Shown here: positions 21,575 to 32,990 of the stretch, piece by piece | Position numbering within the stretch: position 1 is the stretch's first letter | Layout: every line of letters begins with the position of its first letter | Notes under the pieces: model-generated | Databases searched by the model: none | Told to the model about the DNA's origin: nothing | What the model saw: the letters and a program-made list of their open reading frames with translations, nothing else | Position numbers and translations under genes: made by a program | NCBI RefSeq assembly: GCF_965247905.1 | Contig: NZ_OZ252047.1 | Location: 2,518,845 to 2,582,844 of the forward strand | Direction: 5' to 3' | Length of the DNA stretch: 64,000 bases | From: Candidatus Spongiihabitans sp. | GTDB taxonomy: Bacteria; Pseudomonadota; Gammaproteobacteria; Arenicellales; Poriferihabitantaceae

Positions 21575-22888
21575 TTATTGTCTCACTGTGCGATCAACGC
21601 TTCGGTCGGTCGATCTTAAAGAACGATTAGTTACCTGATTGCCAGCCGAGCGATTGACGCCGCCCTGATTTGACAGACCGCTTTCTTCTGACAGCTGGCT
21701 TCGATTTTTTAACAATTGATCGAGCGGTAAATACATGACAGTGTTACCACCGCTCTGCTGATCGATAATCATTTTACTGGAACGACTAAATACCTGTTCC
21801 ATGGTTTCCAGGTAAAGACGATCTCTGGTGATATCCGGCGCCTTGCTATATTCGCTCAACACCTGATCAAAACGCGCCGTTTCACCATCCGCCTTGGCTA
21901 TAATTGAGGCCTTATAGGCATCCGCTTCCTGCAGGATTCGCGCCGAGAAACCGCGCGCCTTGGGGATGATATCGTTGGCATATGCTTCGGCAAGATTTTT
22001 CAACCGCTGCTCATCCTCTCGCGCCCTGACCACATCGTCAAATGCATCCTTGACCTGTTCCGGCGGTTGCGCATTTTGCATCTCAACGGTACGAACATTA
22101 ATGCCGGTCTGATAACGATCGAGAATATCTTGTACCAGCGATTTGGCTTCTGATGCCAACTGCGCGCGTCCCTCGGTAATGGCAAAATCCATGGTATTGC
22201 GACCAACGATTTCCCGCACCGCGCTTTCCGTTGCCTGTCGCACGACACTGTCGGCAAGATCCCGAGAGTTGTACTCACTGACATTGAACAATAAATCGGT
22301 GGGATCCTTAATATCATATTGCACGGCAAAATGAATATCGATAATGTTTTCATCCTGAGTAAGCATCAGTGCTTCACGGGGCACCGATTGAATCGATCTA
22401 CTGCCCTTGCGATAACCCACTTCCACAGTGTTAACGTTTTGAGTATTTACTATTTCAACGGATTCAAACGGGGTGGGGATATGCCAATGTAGTCCGGCAT
22501 CATTGGTTTCGGTATATTTTCCAAAGCGCAACTCGATGGCCTGTTCACCTTGATCGACGGTATAAACGCCGGTAAAAACCCAAAATCCCAGGCCGATAAC
22601 CAGCAATAGTATAATCAGGCCGTTTCCGCCGGCCCTGCCGCCGCCAGCGCGGCTGTCGCCATTGCCGCCGCCACCGCCTGTTCGACGACCAAACAGATTA
22701 TCTATACGCTCTTTTGCTTGACGAAACATTTCGTCCAGGTCAGGCGGCCGCTGTTGGCGGCTATGTCCACTACGATTACGCTGATTCCCACGTTGATTCC
22801 CGCGCTGATTCCATGGGTCATCGTTGTTACCGTCCGTTCCAGATTGATTTGATTCGGGTCGGTTTGATCCGGATTCATTCCAAGGCAT
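21575..22888 (-). CDS. hflK: FtsH modulator HflK
   Basis: MPWNE, PPDLDE, MLTQDENI, AQPPEQVKDAFDD. Confidence 0.95.
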   Translation of the reverse strand: MPWNESGSNRPESNQSGTDGNNDDPWNQRGNQRGNQRNRSGHSRQQRPPDLDEMFRQAKERIDNLFGRRTGGGGGNGDSRAGGGRAGGNGLIILLLVIGLGFWVFTGVYTVDQGEQAIELRFGKYTETNDAGLHWHIPTPFESVEIVNTQNVNTVEVGYRKGSRSIQSVPREALMLTQDENIIDIHFAVQYDIKDPTDLLFNVSEYNSRDLADSVVRQATESAVREIVGRNTMDFAITEGRAQLASEAKSLVQDILDRYQTGINVRTVEMQNAQPPEQVKDAFDDVVRAREDEQRLKNLAEAYANDIIPKARGFSARILQEADAYKASIIAKADGETARFDQVLSEYSKAPDITRDRLYLETMEQVFSRSSKMIIDQQSGGNTVMYLPLDQLLKNRSQLSEESGLSNQGGVNRSAGNQVTNRSLRSTDRSVDRTVRQ

Positions 22889-23018
22889 TGTTTAGTCCCG
22901 CAATATTGAGTAAGTTGGTGATTGTATCACAATGGTTTAAAATTTAACGATCCATACTACGCTAAATCTCGGCTAAATATCGATAGAGTTGCAGCATTAT
23001 TTCGGTCGGCTATTGACG

Positions 23019-24428
23019 TTAAACGCTGTAATACATTTCGAACTCAATCGGATGAGTCGCCATTCTAAGGCGATTCACCTCCTCCATTTTCAGATCGATG
23101 TAAGCGTCAATCGAATCATTACTAAATACGCCACCAACCAGCAAAAAATCGCGGCCACGATCAAGCGCTTCCAGGGCAATATCCAAGCCGTGAGCCACGG
23201 TAGGAATATTTTTTTCCTGTTCTGGCGGCAGGTCGTACAAGTCCTTATCGCCAGGCTCGCCGGGGTGGGTTTTGTTCTGAATCCCATCCAGCCCGGCCAT
23301 CAGCATTGCTGAAAATGCCAAATAAGGATTCGCCGTTGAATCGGGAAAACGGATTTCAATCCTCCGACCTTGTGGATTTGACTCATATGGAATGCGGCAG
23401 GCGGCAGAGCGGTTACAGGCCGAATAAGCCAATAATACCGGGGCTTCAAAACCCGGCACCAGCCGTTTGTAACTATTGGTGCTGGCATTGGCAAAAGCAT
23501 TGATCGCCCTGGCGTGCTTGAAAATTCCGCCAATGTAATACAACGCCTGATCGCTTAAACCGCCGTATTGATCGCCGGAAAAAATGTTATTGCCGCGTTT
23601 GGATATGGATTGGTGAACGTGCATACCACTACCATTGTCGCCGACCACGGGCTTAGGCATAAAGGTTGCCGTCAACCCGTGCTCATGCGCGACATTGTGA
23701 ACCACATATTTGAAAATTTGCACTTCATCTGCTTTTGCGACCAGCGTATTAAATTTGCAGCCGATTTCTGCTTGTCCCGCAGTTCCCACTTCATGGTGAT
23801 GAACTTCCACACCCAACCCCATTTGCGCCATAGTCAAGCACATCTTGCTCCTGACATCGGCTTGGCTATCCACTGGCGCAACCGGGAAATACCCGCCTTT
23901 GATACCGGGCCTGTGGCCGATGTTACCGTCTTCGTATTCTTTCGCGCTGTTCCAGGCGGCTTCGGATGAATCGATGTCGTAAAACGCGCCGCTCATGTCG
24001 TTTGCCCAATGCACGGCGTCAAATAAAAAGAATTCGTTTTCCGGACCAAAGTAAGCGGTATCACCAATTCCCGTTGAAGTCAAATAAGCCTCGGCACGTT
24101 TAGCGATGGATCTGGGGTCCCGGTCATAGCCTTGCATATCTGCGGGTTCAATAACATCACAGCGCAAATTCACGGTGGCATCCTGGGTAAATGGATCCAC
24201 TACTGCGCTGGCCGGATCAGGCATCAGAATCATGTCGGATTCGTTTATTGCTTTCCATCCGGAAATTGACGATCCATCAAACATCTTGCCGTCTTCAAAT
24301 AACTCTTCATCCACCATGCCGGTCGGCAAGGTGATATGCTGCTCCTTGCCCAGCGTATCGGTAAATCGCAAATCGACAAAATTCGCCTTGCTTTCTTTTA
24401 TTAATTTCAACGCGTCTGCTACAGACAT
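23019..24428 (-). CDS. glnA: Glutamine synthetase type I
   Basis: [33 protein letters not shown], adenylylation-site region KDLYDLP. Confidence 0.97.
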   Translation of the reverse strand: MSVADALKLIKESKANFVDLRFTDTLGKEQHITLPTGMVDEELFEDGKMFDGSSISGWKAINESDMILMPDPASAVVDPFTQDATVNLRCDVIEPADMQGYDRDPRSIAKRAEAYLTSTGIGDTAYFGPENEFFLFDAVHWANDMSGAFYDIDSSEAAWNSAKEYEDGNIGHRPGIKGGYFPVAPVDSQADVRSKMCLTMAQMGLGVEVHHHEVGTAGQAEIGCKFNTLVAKADEVQIFKYVVHNVAHEHGLTATFMPKPVVGDNGSGMHVHQSISKRGNNIFSGDQYGGLSDQALYYIGGIFKHARAINAFANASTNSYKRLVPGFEAPVLLAYSACNRSAACRIPYESNPQGRRIEIRFPDSTANPYLAFSAMLMAGLDGIQNKTHPGEPGDKDLYDLPPEQEKNIPTVAHGLDIALEALDRGRDFLLVGGVFSNDSIDAYIDLKMEEVNRLRMATHPIEFEMYYSV

Positions 24429-24429
24429 A

Positions 24430-24462
24430 TAAATAACCTCTAAATAACCTCTAAATAACCTC
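24430..24462. repeat. Tandem repeat, 11 bp x3, containing the glnA RBS
   Basis: TAAATAACCTC x3; reads GAGGTTATTTA on the glnA strand. Confidence 0.9.
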
Positions 24463-24565
24463 GGTTCAAATACCAGAAATCCCCTGCAATTTAACTATTG
24501 GGGAGCTCTGAATAATGCCAACTTTAATATTATGGAATATACCCTATCCCAAAACATATTATTAC

Positions 24566-24867
24566 TGTCCGGGTGCACCACATATGAGACAAAATCAGGT
24601 CGCCACGGTGGGTTGCTGATAATACACCATCGGCGTCATTAAATCCAAACTATCGTGTGGTCGGCATGATTATAGGTCCACTGGTAATGGACCAGTTCCT
24701 GGTTGATCGCGGTCACCGTCAACGGCCCTCGGAAGTGAGGCTTCAGCCTCGCCAAGCCATTGCAAATGGCGGGACTAAAGTCCCACTTCCGACGCCGCCG
24801 GCCTGACCTGCTTTAAGCGCACCAGCCGGTCCGGGTTAACAGTCTCTTATGTGTCTGAGCCCGAACA
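24566..24867 (-). mobile_element. MITE copy 2 (302 bp)
   Basis: Near-identical to copy 1; TGTCCGGG...CCCGAACA; TTAC on both flanks. Confidence 0.9.
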
Positions 24868-24901
24868 TTACCCCGATGCACTATATTTGCGCCGGGTAAT
24901 T

Positions 24902-25555
24902 TTATAGTGCTGATTTTACTGAGGGAGCATAAAAACACTTGGAGAAAACCAGCATTCGATTGTTCGCGGGCATGGCCACATCGTCAATCAGCGACAGTTG
25001 ATTTCGATTCGCCAGGGCGACAATGGCGCGATCATCCCGAATTCCCATCTGTGAGTCCTGGCAGAGCAGACTGCCATGAAATTTTTGGTTGCTTGGGCTG
25101 GTGAATTCTCCATTGCGGTTGAACGGCCCATACAAGATAAACAGTCCATTATCCAGTAGCAGACACCCCACTCCTCTGAACATTTCCACCACCGCATCCC
25201 AGCCCATGATATGCGCGGTATTGGCGCTGAAAACGCCATCAAATTTGGTGCCCAAATTATGTTTGTTGTCCTGTTTACCGGCTGGCCATTGCTCCTTTTG
25301 TCGCACGTCAAGGGCGATGGGCTTGCCAATATTATCTAATGCAGCATCGGCTATCCAAAGATTAATGCCCGGATGAAACTGAACCTGGTCGCTGGTTTGC
25401 CAAAATAGCCCAGGCAAATTCTTCGCAAAAAACACGGCATGCTGACCGCTGCCGGAACCGATTTCCAGAACGCGCGAGGCCTTGGCAAAATAATTTTTCA
25501 ATACCTCAAGAATAGGTTGTTTATTATTTTCGCAAGCCTGTGAAAATGGCTTCAT
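24902..25555 (-). CDS. DUF938 SAM-dependent methyltransferase-like protein
   Basis: FSQACENNKQPI, VLEIGSGSGQHA, FSANTAHIM, MPANN. Confidence 0.85.
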   Translation of the reverse strand: MKPFSQACENNKQPILEVLKNYFAKASRVLEIGSGSGQHAVFFAKNLPGLFWQTSDQVQFHPGINLWIADAALDNIGKPIALDVRQKEQWPAGKQDNKHNLGTKFDGVFSANTAHIMGWDAVVEMFRGVGCLLLDNGLFILYGPFNRNGEFTSPSNQKFHGSLLCQDSQMGIRDDRAIVALANRNQLSLIDDVAMPANNRMLVFSKCFYAPSVKSAL

Positions 25556-25561
25556 ATTGAT

Positions 25562-28500
25562 CTATTTGAATGCTTCGTTATCGACGTCGGCGTCATTTTT
25601 GCTGGCATCATTTTCGGCGGCGTCTGTTCCGCTTGCGCTACTCGCCCCGCTGTTTCGCGCCATCCGACATACATCTGCATTGGCGCGGGTTTTATCATAC
25701 AACCCTTGCGCGAGCAGGCTTAGCCCGCCGCTGGCGATAGCCGCACCTAAGGCGATACCGGATTCCACCAACCCTTTAGGGTCTGCTTCGATTCGAGGAT
25801 GCTTCATGGTGCCGCCCACTCGAATCATTTTTGCAATGGAGTTAACATTGATTCCGAAACCTCTTCTGGCTTTTGGTCTAATGACCAGTTTTAATTTCTC
25901 ATCACCCAGTTTGATCTCGCCACCGCCAAGCAATGTGACCACGGTAGTTTTTAACGCCAAGCCATGCTCTGTTTGCGCGACGCCATTATCCACATTAAAT
26001 TGAATCACCCCGCATTCAATGTCCAGATACTCGTCTTGTTGACTCAGCGGATTGATCGCATCAAACAATCCCAGAAATAAATCCCCGCCAAGGCGTTGCA
26101 GACTATCGTTTTTAATTTGCGCCCCGCTGAACTCCAACAATACCGAGCCGGTGGCGTTGCCGGCGATTTCTGAAACAGAGCCGCCTGTTCCATCGAGATT
26201 AATAGCCACGGAAAATACGCCGGCATCGTCAGCAACTGATTTTCCCAGTTTGGTCAGCGCGGAAAAATCAACATGCTCACCGTTAACATCGAGATGTGCA
26301 TTGAATTTTTGCCCTGTTTTATTCTGCCCGTCTTGATTTTGCCTGTCTTGACTTTTTGGCGCCAGTGCAAGATTTGCGTTAATCGACCCCTGGCTGCTTT
26401 CTCCGCTTACTGTGGTAACCAGATGTCCATTGTCAACTGAGATTGTGGCTTGGAAATCATCCAAAATAAAGCTGGTGCTCTTGAAATGTTCAGCACTAAA
26501 ATTTATTTGCGCCTGGGTATCCATCAACCCATCGAGTTTCAGCGGAGTCTCGGAGAAAAACTTATCCGCATCATCGCCTTCGACTAACAACTCGGTTAAA
26601 TCAAAATTTTTCGAAACCAGTTCCGCCCAATAGTTTCTTTTCACAACTGCAGCGTCGCCTGCTTCTGCGTCCGCTTTTGAATGAATAAAACCCATTTTCC
26701 CTGAAAGATCATTGCCTGCTATTTCAATATCAAGCGAGATATTCTGGGTATTATCACTATTTTTAAAACTGATCGTCCCCTGCGCAGGATTATCCCATAC
26801 CAAGGGTAAATCGGTGCTGCGCACGATGGCTGCCAGCGACTTGGCATCAAATTTCAACTCAAATTCATCTGCTTGTAATGGAGAAATCTGGCTAAATGCG
26901 CCACTGGCATTGAGCATGACATGCTCTGAATTTATATTGAAATCGATGTTTTCCAAACCAACGCCGCCATCCGCGAACACAATATCCATAGAACCGGACA
27001 AGTCGCCGGACAGCATAGCGGGATTTAACACTGGAACATCCACGGCGGCTATAAATTCAGGGTCTGCAATCCCCGACAATGCCATTGACAATCTGCCGGA
27101 TAATGTTTGAGCAAGCCGGTCGAGCAAATCACTCGATGGCACAGGCGCCTTAGCGGATAAATTAGTCACGGATAAATTATTCACAAATAAATTGTCCAGG
27201 CGTCCGGAAATCTGTCCGCTGAATTTATCGGATAGCGTGGCCACGTTTATTTTCTTGAGTGAGTAGCCACCAGATTCACCCACAACGGCTTGACCCGATA
27301 ATTGAGCGCTGCCGTTCAAAGGCAGTAACTGAGATAACCAGCCAGAAAACGGGAGATTTGGATACATGTCATCAATGGGAGCGACGGAATCCAGCCTCAA
27401 TCCTATATTCAGATTGATGTTTGGCGCATCCCCAAGTTCAAGGATTTGACCATCAATATCAATCGTTAAATCAGGGTCAACCAGAGTTGCGGTAATTTTG
27501 TTGAGATTGAATTTTCCTGCAGCATCCTGCTTCAATACGCCAGTCATATTCAAAGGCCCGGCCTTGGGCAACTTGCGATTGGCCAGCGACTCAAGTTTCG
27601 AGAGACTGTTTACACCCAACTGCATATCCATTTGAAAATCCCGAAATTTTAACAAATTTCCGGCCGAGCCAAGGCCGCTTAGTTGAACCCCATCGCCCTG
27701 TCCGCGAATCTCAAGATTAGACAACTCCACCGATGAACCTTTAATTAAAACTGCTCCAACCAGTGATAATTCATCAACCAATGCCAGCAACCTGGAGGGG
27801 TGAATTTGACTCAGCATCTCCTGATTGATCACGGCAGCGAACTCAATTTCACCCATTTGGCCCGAGCCCAGGTCATTTATTTTTCCTGTTGCATTTAGAT
27901 TTAAACTTTCCGCGGTGCTTGCTATTTTGTCGCTTGATATTTTAATGGCCATCAAATCAAAACTCGATGCCCGACGATTAAGATTGGCCACGACTTTTAT
28001 CGCTTGCGTGTCAGGCCACCACAATCCCGCGGACGCTCCCTCAGGCCGGTCAAATAGCCTGACCAGTGAGTCCGGGCTCTCTATTGTCATTTCCAGCGGC
28101 AAGGGCGCCGACCAGTCGTTGAGCGCATTGGCAACTGCGCCAGCCGCATGGACGCTGATGCCCTCGGCAACAATTTCCGCATGCTCTATATTGAGGGTTA
28201 AATTTCTCCGGTCGCCGAAAACGCTTCCGGCAATGACGGTTTCCAGCTTCGCTTGATGACTGATACTTGGCGATATGATTTCCCTATCAAGATTTCCGGT
28301 GGCATTAAATCTAATATCCACTTCATTAAATCCTATCAATTGCCCGATTTCCCCCTCCGCGTAAGCCTGCAATCCGTGCTCCGATGATGCCAGATTCAAG
28401 GACTCCACTCGCATCGTTCTGGGCGTTTCCGGTTGAATCAATTCCCATCGTGCCGAGATATTTCTATATGGCGGCAACCAAAACCCGAACAAGTTTGACA

Positions 28501-29287
28501 AATCGGCTAAATTGGTTACGTTGGCATCGATCCAAAGATTCAATCCATGCCATAGAAACAAATTCTGGATCACGCCGGAAATCGAAACTTGATTGGCGGG
28601 CGCGCCAACGTATCCGCTGAGCGCGACCGGCGATTCGCGAAAGCGCAACAATGATTCCAGGCTGCCTAATTCTCCTGACATCGAAATGGCGGTTTTTTCG
28701 GCTTCGCCCGAGGCCTCAATGCGAGTAGGTCGATTGGCTCCCATTGATGTTACGCTGGCATGGTCAATGCTAAATTCCCAGTCGCGGTTTTTACGAAAAT
28801 AGAATATCCGGCCATTACGAATAGTCAGCGCTTCTATGGCCACCCAAGCCGGGAATAATCGGCTCATTTTAGCGGTCTTGTTGGAGGTCTTGTTGGGTGA
28901 TCTTAAATCAAGATTAAATATTTTCGTCTCAGAATTCCGCTCAATCCACAATTGCGGTTGGTCCAATTCGATGGCGGTGACCGTCAACTTACCGCGCAGC
29001 AACTCCGCAAAAGAAAGCGAAAGGGTTAATTTGTCTGCGGTAAAAGCAAACGGCGTTCGCGCCCAACTGCTGTTTGCAAGCCTGATCTGCTGCGCGTAAA
29101 TCGTCGGGGACAGGCTCCATTCTGCGCCCAAGCCGCCGGCAATGGTAAATGCCCGGCCGGTTTTCGATTCCACATACGATTCGATTGCATGCTGTACATC
29201 GCTTTGATTCAAAAACACCGTGGCCGCCAGCGGTATAAGCAAGACGATGGCGGCCACGGAAATAATTATTTTTGCCTTATACGACAT
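25562..29287 (-). CDS. AsmA-family protein (1241 aa)
   Basis: N-terminal TM then VESKTGRAFTIAGGL; C-terminal IECGV...GVAQT...LLGGGEIKL. Confidence 0.8.
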   Translation of the reverse strand: MSYKAKIIISVAAIVLLIPLAATVFLNQSDVQHAIESYVESKTGRAFTIAGGLGAEWSLSPTIYAQQIRLANSSWARTPFAFTADKLTLSLSFAELLRGKLTVTAIELDQPQLWIERNSETKIFNLDLRSPNKTSNKTAKMSRLFPAWVAIEALTIRNGRIFYFRKNRDWEFSIDHASVTSMGANRPTRIEASGEAEKTAISMSGELGSLESLLRFRESPVALSGYVGAPANQVSISGVIQNLFLWHGLNLWIDANVTNLADLSNLFGFWLPPYRNISARWELIQPETPRTMRVESLNLASSEHGLQAYAEGEIGQLIGFNEVDIRFNATGNLDREIISPSISHQAKLETVIAGSVFGDRRNLTLNIEHAEIVAEGISVHAAGAVANALNDWSAPLPLEMTIESPDSLVRLFDRPEGASAGLWWPDTQAIKVVANLNRRASSFDLMAIKISSDKIASTAESLNLNATGKINDLGSGQMGEIEFAAVINQEMLSQIHPSRLLALVDELSLVGAVLIKGSSVELSNLEIRGQGDGVQLSGLGSAGNLLKFRDFQMDMQLGVNSLSKLESLANRKLPKAGPLNMTGVLKQDAAGKFNLNKITATLVDPDLTIDIDGQILELGDAPNINLNIGLRLDSVAPIDDMYPNLPFSGWLSQLLPLNGSAQLSGQAVVGESGGYSLKKINVATLSDKFSGQISGRLDNLFVNNLSVTNLSAKAPVPSSDLLDRLAQTLSGRLSMALSGIADPEFIAAVDVPVLNPAMLSGDLSGSMDIVFADGGVGLENIDFNINSEHVMLNASGAFSQISPLQADEFELKFDAKSLAAIVRSTDLPLVWDNPAQGTISFKNSDNTQNISLDIEIAGNDLSGKMGFIHSKADAEAGDAAVVKRNYWAELVSKNFDLTELLVEGDDADKFFSETPLKLDGLMDTQAQINFSAEHFKSTSFILDDFQATISVDNGHLVTTVSGESSQGSINANLALAPKSQDRQNQDGQNKTGQKFNAHLDVNGEHVDFSALTKLGKSVADDAGVFSVAINLDGTGGSVSEIAGNATGSVLLEFSGAQIKNDSLQRLGGDLFLGLFDAINPLSQQDEYLDIECGVIQFNVDNGVAQTEHGLALKTTVVTLLGGGEIKLGDEKLKLVIRPKARRGFGINVNSIAKMIRVGGTMKHPRIEADPKGLVESGIALGAAIASGGLSLLAQGLYDKTRANADVCRMARNSGASSASGTDAAENDASKNDADVDNEAFK

Positions 29288-29368
29288 GATACGACATTGT
29301 ATTTGCGCTTAAAAATCGCGACCGATCTTTATGCGATTTCCAGCGCCAAAGTATGTTAACAATATAAT

Positions 29369-30550
29369 TTATCGTTGCGCTAACCTGGCAATGACATCAC
29401 AAAATTTTTCGATTTCGTCTTCAGTGTTGTAATAGTGCAGCGATGCCCTGGCCAGTGCATCGATTCCCCGATTCTGGAAATCAACCAGGCTGCCTGGGCC
29501 TGCAGAAACCCAGATATTGATTTTATGTTCGCTTAGCCTGCTTCTGGTTTCGGACGGATGTTGGCCATTGACAGCAAATGTCACAATGCCGCATTGCACC
29601 GCCCCACGATCATAAACGGTAACTTTTGGGATGTTTATCAGTTGTTGACGACAAATTTTCGCCAATTTGTAAATACGATTTTGGATAGGGGTCATGCCTA
29701 TTTCATCGGCATAGTCCATAGCCGCCGCCAACCCTAATTTCCCCGCCATGTGACATTCAAAATTCTCGAATCGTCGCGCGCTGTCAACCAGTTCATAATG
29801 ACTGTGGTCGATCAGATTAACGCCTTGTTGCTCCAGAAACAGGGGTTCCGCCGTTTCAAAATAACTTCTCGCAACATACAAAACGCCGGTTCCTCGGGGC
29901 CCGCGCAAATATTTTCGCCCGGTTGCGGACAATGCGGTGCAGCCGATTTTTTCAGCCTGCAGATGCAATTGCCCGATAGACTGACAGGCATCCAGCAAAT
30001 ACGGGATGCCGGCTTGTGCCGCAACCGCGCCCACCGCTTGTGCATCATTAACCATTCCACAACCGGTTGGAATATGGCTAATTGAAATCAGTTTGGTTTT
30101 TTCGTTGATCAAGCCTTTCAGGCTTTCAAGGTCCAGATCACCCTTGTCATCGGTTGCGATAAAATCAATTTTTACGCCTTTAGTCCGCGCCATTTGTATG
30201 TAAGCAACCATATTGCTGCCGTAGTCAACCCGAGTGGTAATAATCCTGTCGCCGGAATTTAATCGAAGGCTATGGAAAAAATGTTGCCAACCACGGGTGC
30301 TGCCGTCGCAGAATGCGATTTCATCAGGCTTGCAGCCAATCAATTTTGCTGCGGAGGCATAAAACCCTTCTAATTCATCTTTTCTGCGGCGTCCTGTTTC
30401 ATAGCCGCCGAATTGCTGTTCCTGCGCCAGGTATTCAAGAACCTTATTGCTCACCGGTTCAGGCATCAACGAACAACCCGCATTGTTGAAATGAATCATG
30501 TTTTCACAACTTGGCGTGTGTCGCCGAATTTGTTCTATATCCAGTTCCAC
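29369..30550 (-). CDS. Class V PLP aminotransferase (cysteine desulfurase/EgtE-like)
   Basis: HFNNAG, LDACQSIGQ, SATGRKYLRGPRGTG, RASLHYYN. Confidence 0.85.
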   Translation of the reverse strand: MELDIEQIRRHTPSCENMIHFNNAGCSLMPEPVSNKVLEYLAQEQQFGGYETGRRRKDELEGFYASAAKLIGCKPDEIAFCDGSTRGWQHFFHSLRLNSGDRIITTRVDYGSNMVAYIQMARTKGVKIDFIATDDKGDLDLESLKGLINEKTKLISISHIPTGCGMVNDAQAVGAVAAQAGIPYLLDACQSIGQLHLQAEKIGCTALSATGRKYLRGPRGTGVLYVARSYFETAEPLFLEQQGVNLIDHSHYELVDSARRFENFECHMAGKLGLAAAMDYADEIGMTPIQNRIYKLAKICRQQLINIPKVTVYDRGAVQCGIVTFAVNGQHPSETRSRLSEHKINIWVSAGPGSLVDFQNRGIDALARASLHYYNTEDEIEKFCDVIARLAQR

Positions 30551-30615
30551 ATTAATCTCCGAATTGCTCTGGTGTTCACGTCATTTTTTAGCAATACGTT
30601 GCTCTGCAAGCGTTG

Positions 30616-31677
30616 TTAAGGCACCAGCGCAAGGTCCTGCAAGCCACAGGTTTCACCGAAACCGAACATTAAATTCATGTTCTGAACTGCCTGACCGGCC
30701 GCACCTTTGACAAGATTATCTTCTACAGCAAGCACCACGATAGTCCTGCCCTCTTGCGGCCGATGAATGGCGATCTGGCAACGGTTGCTTCCGCGCACAT
30801 TTTTTGTGTCTGGATGAGAGCCTGATGGCAGCACATCAACAAAGGGTTCATGCTCAAAACGTCTTTCGAAGATGGACTGAATCTGATTGATGGTTAAATG
30901 ATTGCTTTCATCGGTTAGCCGTGCGTACAAAGTCGCATGAATTCCCCTGATCATGGGCAGCAGGTGCGGGGTGAATATCAGCTCCACGGCCTGGTTGCTG
31001 ATGGCTTGCAGCCCTTGCTTAATCTCGGGAAAATGGCGGTGACCGGAAACGGCATAAGCCTTGAATGAATCCGAAACTTCGGCGAATGATGTCGCCAAGG
31101 CGGCTTTTCGGCCGGCCCCTGAAACCCCTGATTTTACATCGGCAATCAGGCCATCGGTTTGAATTAAATTATTTTCCAGCAAGGGCAGAAAACCAAGTTG
31201 CACGACCGTGGGATAGCAGCCCGGATTGGCCACCAACCGGGCCTCGCTAATCCGCTCTCGGTAAATTTCCGGCAACCCATATACCGCCTGGGAAATCAAT
31301 TTCGGGCAATGGTGTTTCGTGCCATACCAGGCCTCCCATTCGGCCACATCCTGCAATCTGAAATCCGCTGATAAATCGATGAACTTGACGCCAGCGGCGA
31401 GTAATTGTTCGGCATGGCGCATGGCCACCCCTTTTGGCGTCGCGCTAAACACCACATCGCACTGGGTCAAATCACAATGATCCGGATCAGAAAATGTGAT
31501 ATCGCAGCGACCCATTAAAGAAGGAAAATACGCGGATACCGATCGCCCGGACTCGGCACGCGAGGTGACGACCGTTACCTGGGCATAAGGATGATTAGCG
31601 AGAATTCGCAGCAGCTCAATGCCGGTATAACCGGTGCCACCCATAATTCCGATCTTTATCGAGGTCAATTTTTCCAT
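30616..31677 (-). CDS. argC: N-acetyl-gamma-glutamyl-phosphate reductase
   Basis: [29 protein letters not shown]. Confidence 0.96.
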   Translation of the reverse strand: MEKLTSIKIGIMGGTGYTGIELLRILANHPYAQVTVVTSRAESGRSVSAYFPSLMGRCDITFSDPDHCDLTQCDVVFSATPKGVAMRHAEQLLAAGVKFIDLSADFRLQDVAEWEAWYGTKHHCPKLISQAVYGLPEIYRERISEARLVANPGCYPTVVQLGFLPLLENNLIQTDGLIADVKSGVSGAGRKAALATSFAEVSDSFKAYAVSGHRHFPEIKQGLQAISNQAVELIFTPHLLPMIRGIHATLYARLTDESNHLTINQIQSIFERRFEHEPFVDVLPSGSHPDTKNVRGSNRCQIAIHRPQEGRTIVVLAVEDNLVKGAAGQAVQNMNLMFGFGETCGLQDLALVP

Positions 31678-31860
31678 CGTTTCAGGCAGTCATGTTGCTT
31701 GCCGAAAAGGCGAATAGTTCAGATAAATCCAATTTTTTATCCCGAATTTCTATGTTTTATGTGTCATTAAACTTGCAGCAGCTCTGATAGAATCAAACAA
31801 TAGCAGCAGTAACCGTGCATTTTTGATGGCTATTAGTATACCTTCAAATTAAATTGAAAG

Positions 31861-32631
31861 TTGCCCATAGAACAAATCACCCGCAATAATATGTCCGTAG
31901 AACAACCACCTCTGGCTAAAAGATATCAGCGAACGCTGGACGCGGTGGCGGAGTATGCGAACCAATATCAAGGCCGAGTATCAACGGTAAAATTGATTGC
32001 AGTGAGCAAGCGCCACAATGCTGAGAAAGTGGTTGAACTGATTAAGCTGGGGCATCGGGATTTCGCGGAAAACTATGTGCAGGAAGGGGTTGAAAAAATT
32101 GACCGAGTGAACCTTGCCCTTGAAAACCTGGCTATGGAAAACAGGGGAGTCGAAAATAACATTTGTTGGCATTTCATAGGCCATATACAAAGCAGAAAAT
32201 GCACAAAGATCGCCGAGTGTTTCGACTGGGTTCACACCGTACACAGCACAAAAGTTGCTGAAAAATTGAATCAACACAGAGGCGACCGACCCCCATTAAA
32301 GGTTTTAATTCAACTCAATTTACAACAGGAATTATCCAAATCCGGTGTCTGCTTAAATGAACTTCCGCAGTTGGCAAACGCGGTGCGCGAACTGCCAAAC
32401 TTAAATTTTCGCGGGCTGATGATTATTCCTGAAATAGAACCCGATTTTGAAAAACAGCGGGCTATTTTCAGGCGGTGCAGAATAGCCCTTGAACAACTCA
32501 ACCAACAGGGTTTCAATCTGGATCAACTGTCGATGGGCATGACCGACGACATGCAAGCGGCCATTCTGGAAGGTGCGACACAAATACGAATAGGGACGGC
32601 AATTTTCGGTCCTCGTCCGACACAGGCATGA
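31861..32631 (+). CDS. yggS: PLP homeostasis protein YggS/PLPBP
   Basis: LIAVSK, FAENYVQE, WHFIGHIQS, LSMGMTDD, RIGTAIFG. Start may be ATG 31891. Confidence 0.93.
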   Translation: MPIEQITRNNMSVEQPPLAKRYQRTLDAVAEYANQYQGRVSTVKLIAVSKRHNAEKVVELIKLGHRDFAENYVQEGVEKIDRVNLALENLAMENRGVENNICWHFIGHIQSRKCTKIAECFDWVHTVHSTKVAEKLNQHRGDRPPLKVLIQLNLQQELSKSGVCLNELPQLANAVRELPNLNFRGLMIIPEIEPDFEKQRAIFRRCRIALEQLNQQGFNLDQLSMGMTDDMQAAILEGATQIRIGTAIFGPRPTQA

Positions 32632-32667
32632 TGAATTCCGAGTGTCCTGATGAACGCAAGGATGTGC

Positions 32668-32971
32668 TGTCCGGGCTCAGACACATAAGAGACTGTTAAT
32701 CTGGCCCGGCTGGTGCGCTTAAAGCAGGTCAGGCCGGCGGCGTCGGGAGTGGGACTTTAGTCCCGCCATCTTGGCAATGGCCTGGCGAGGCTGAAGCCTC
32801 ACTTCCGAGGGCCGTTGACGGTGACCGCGATCAACCAGGAACTGGTCCATTGCCAGTGGACCTATAATCATGCCGACCACACGATAGTTTGGATTTAATG
32901 ATGCCGATGGCGTATTATCGGCAACCCACCGTGGCGACCTGATTTTGTCTCATATGTGGTGAACCCGGACG
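32668..32971 (+). mobile_element. MITE copy 3 (inverted relative to copies 1-2)
   Basis: TGTCCGGGCTCAGACACATAAGAGAC...GTCTCATATGTGGTGAACCCGGAC(G); terminal base altered; no clear TSD. Confidence 0.88.
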
Positions 32972-32990
32972 CCCTTTAGAGAAATTCGCA

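Noticed and set aside
24573-24579. TGCACCA in MITE copy 2 resembling an NtrC site upstream of glnA
   Set aside because: Only a half-site, arising from a single variant base in the TIR; no matching TGGTGCA.
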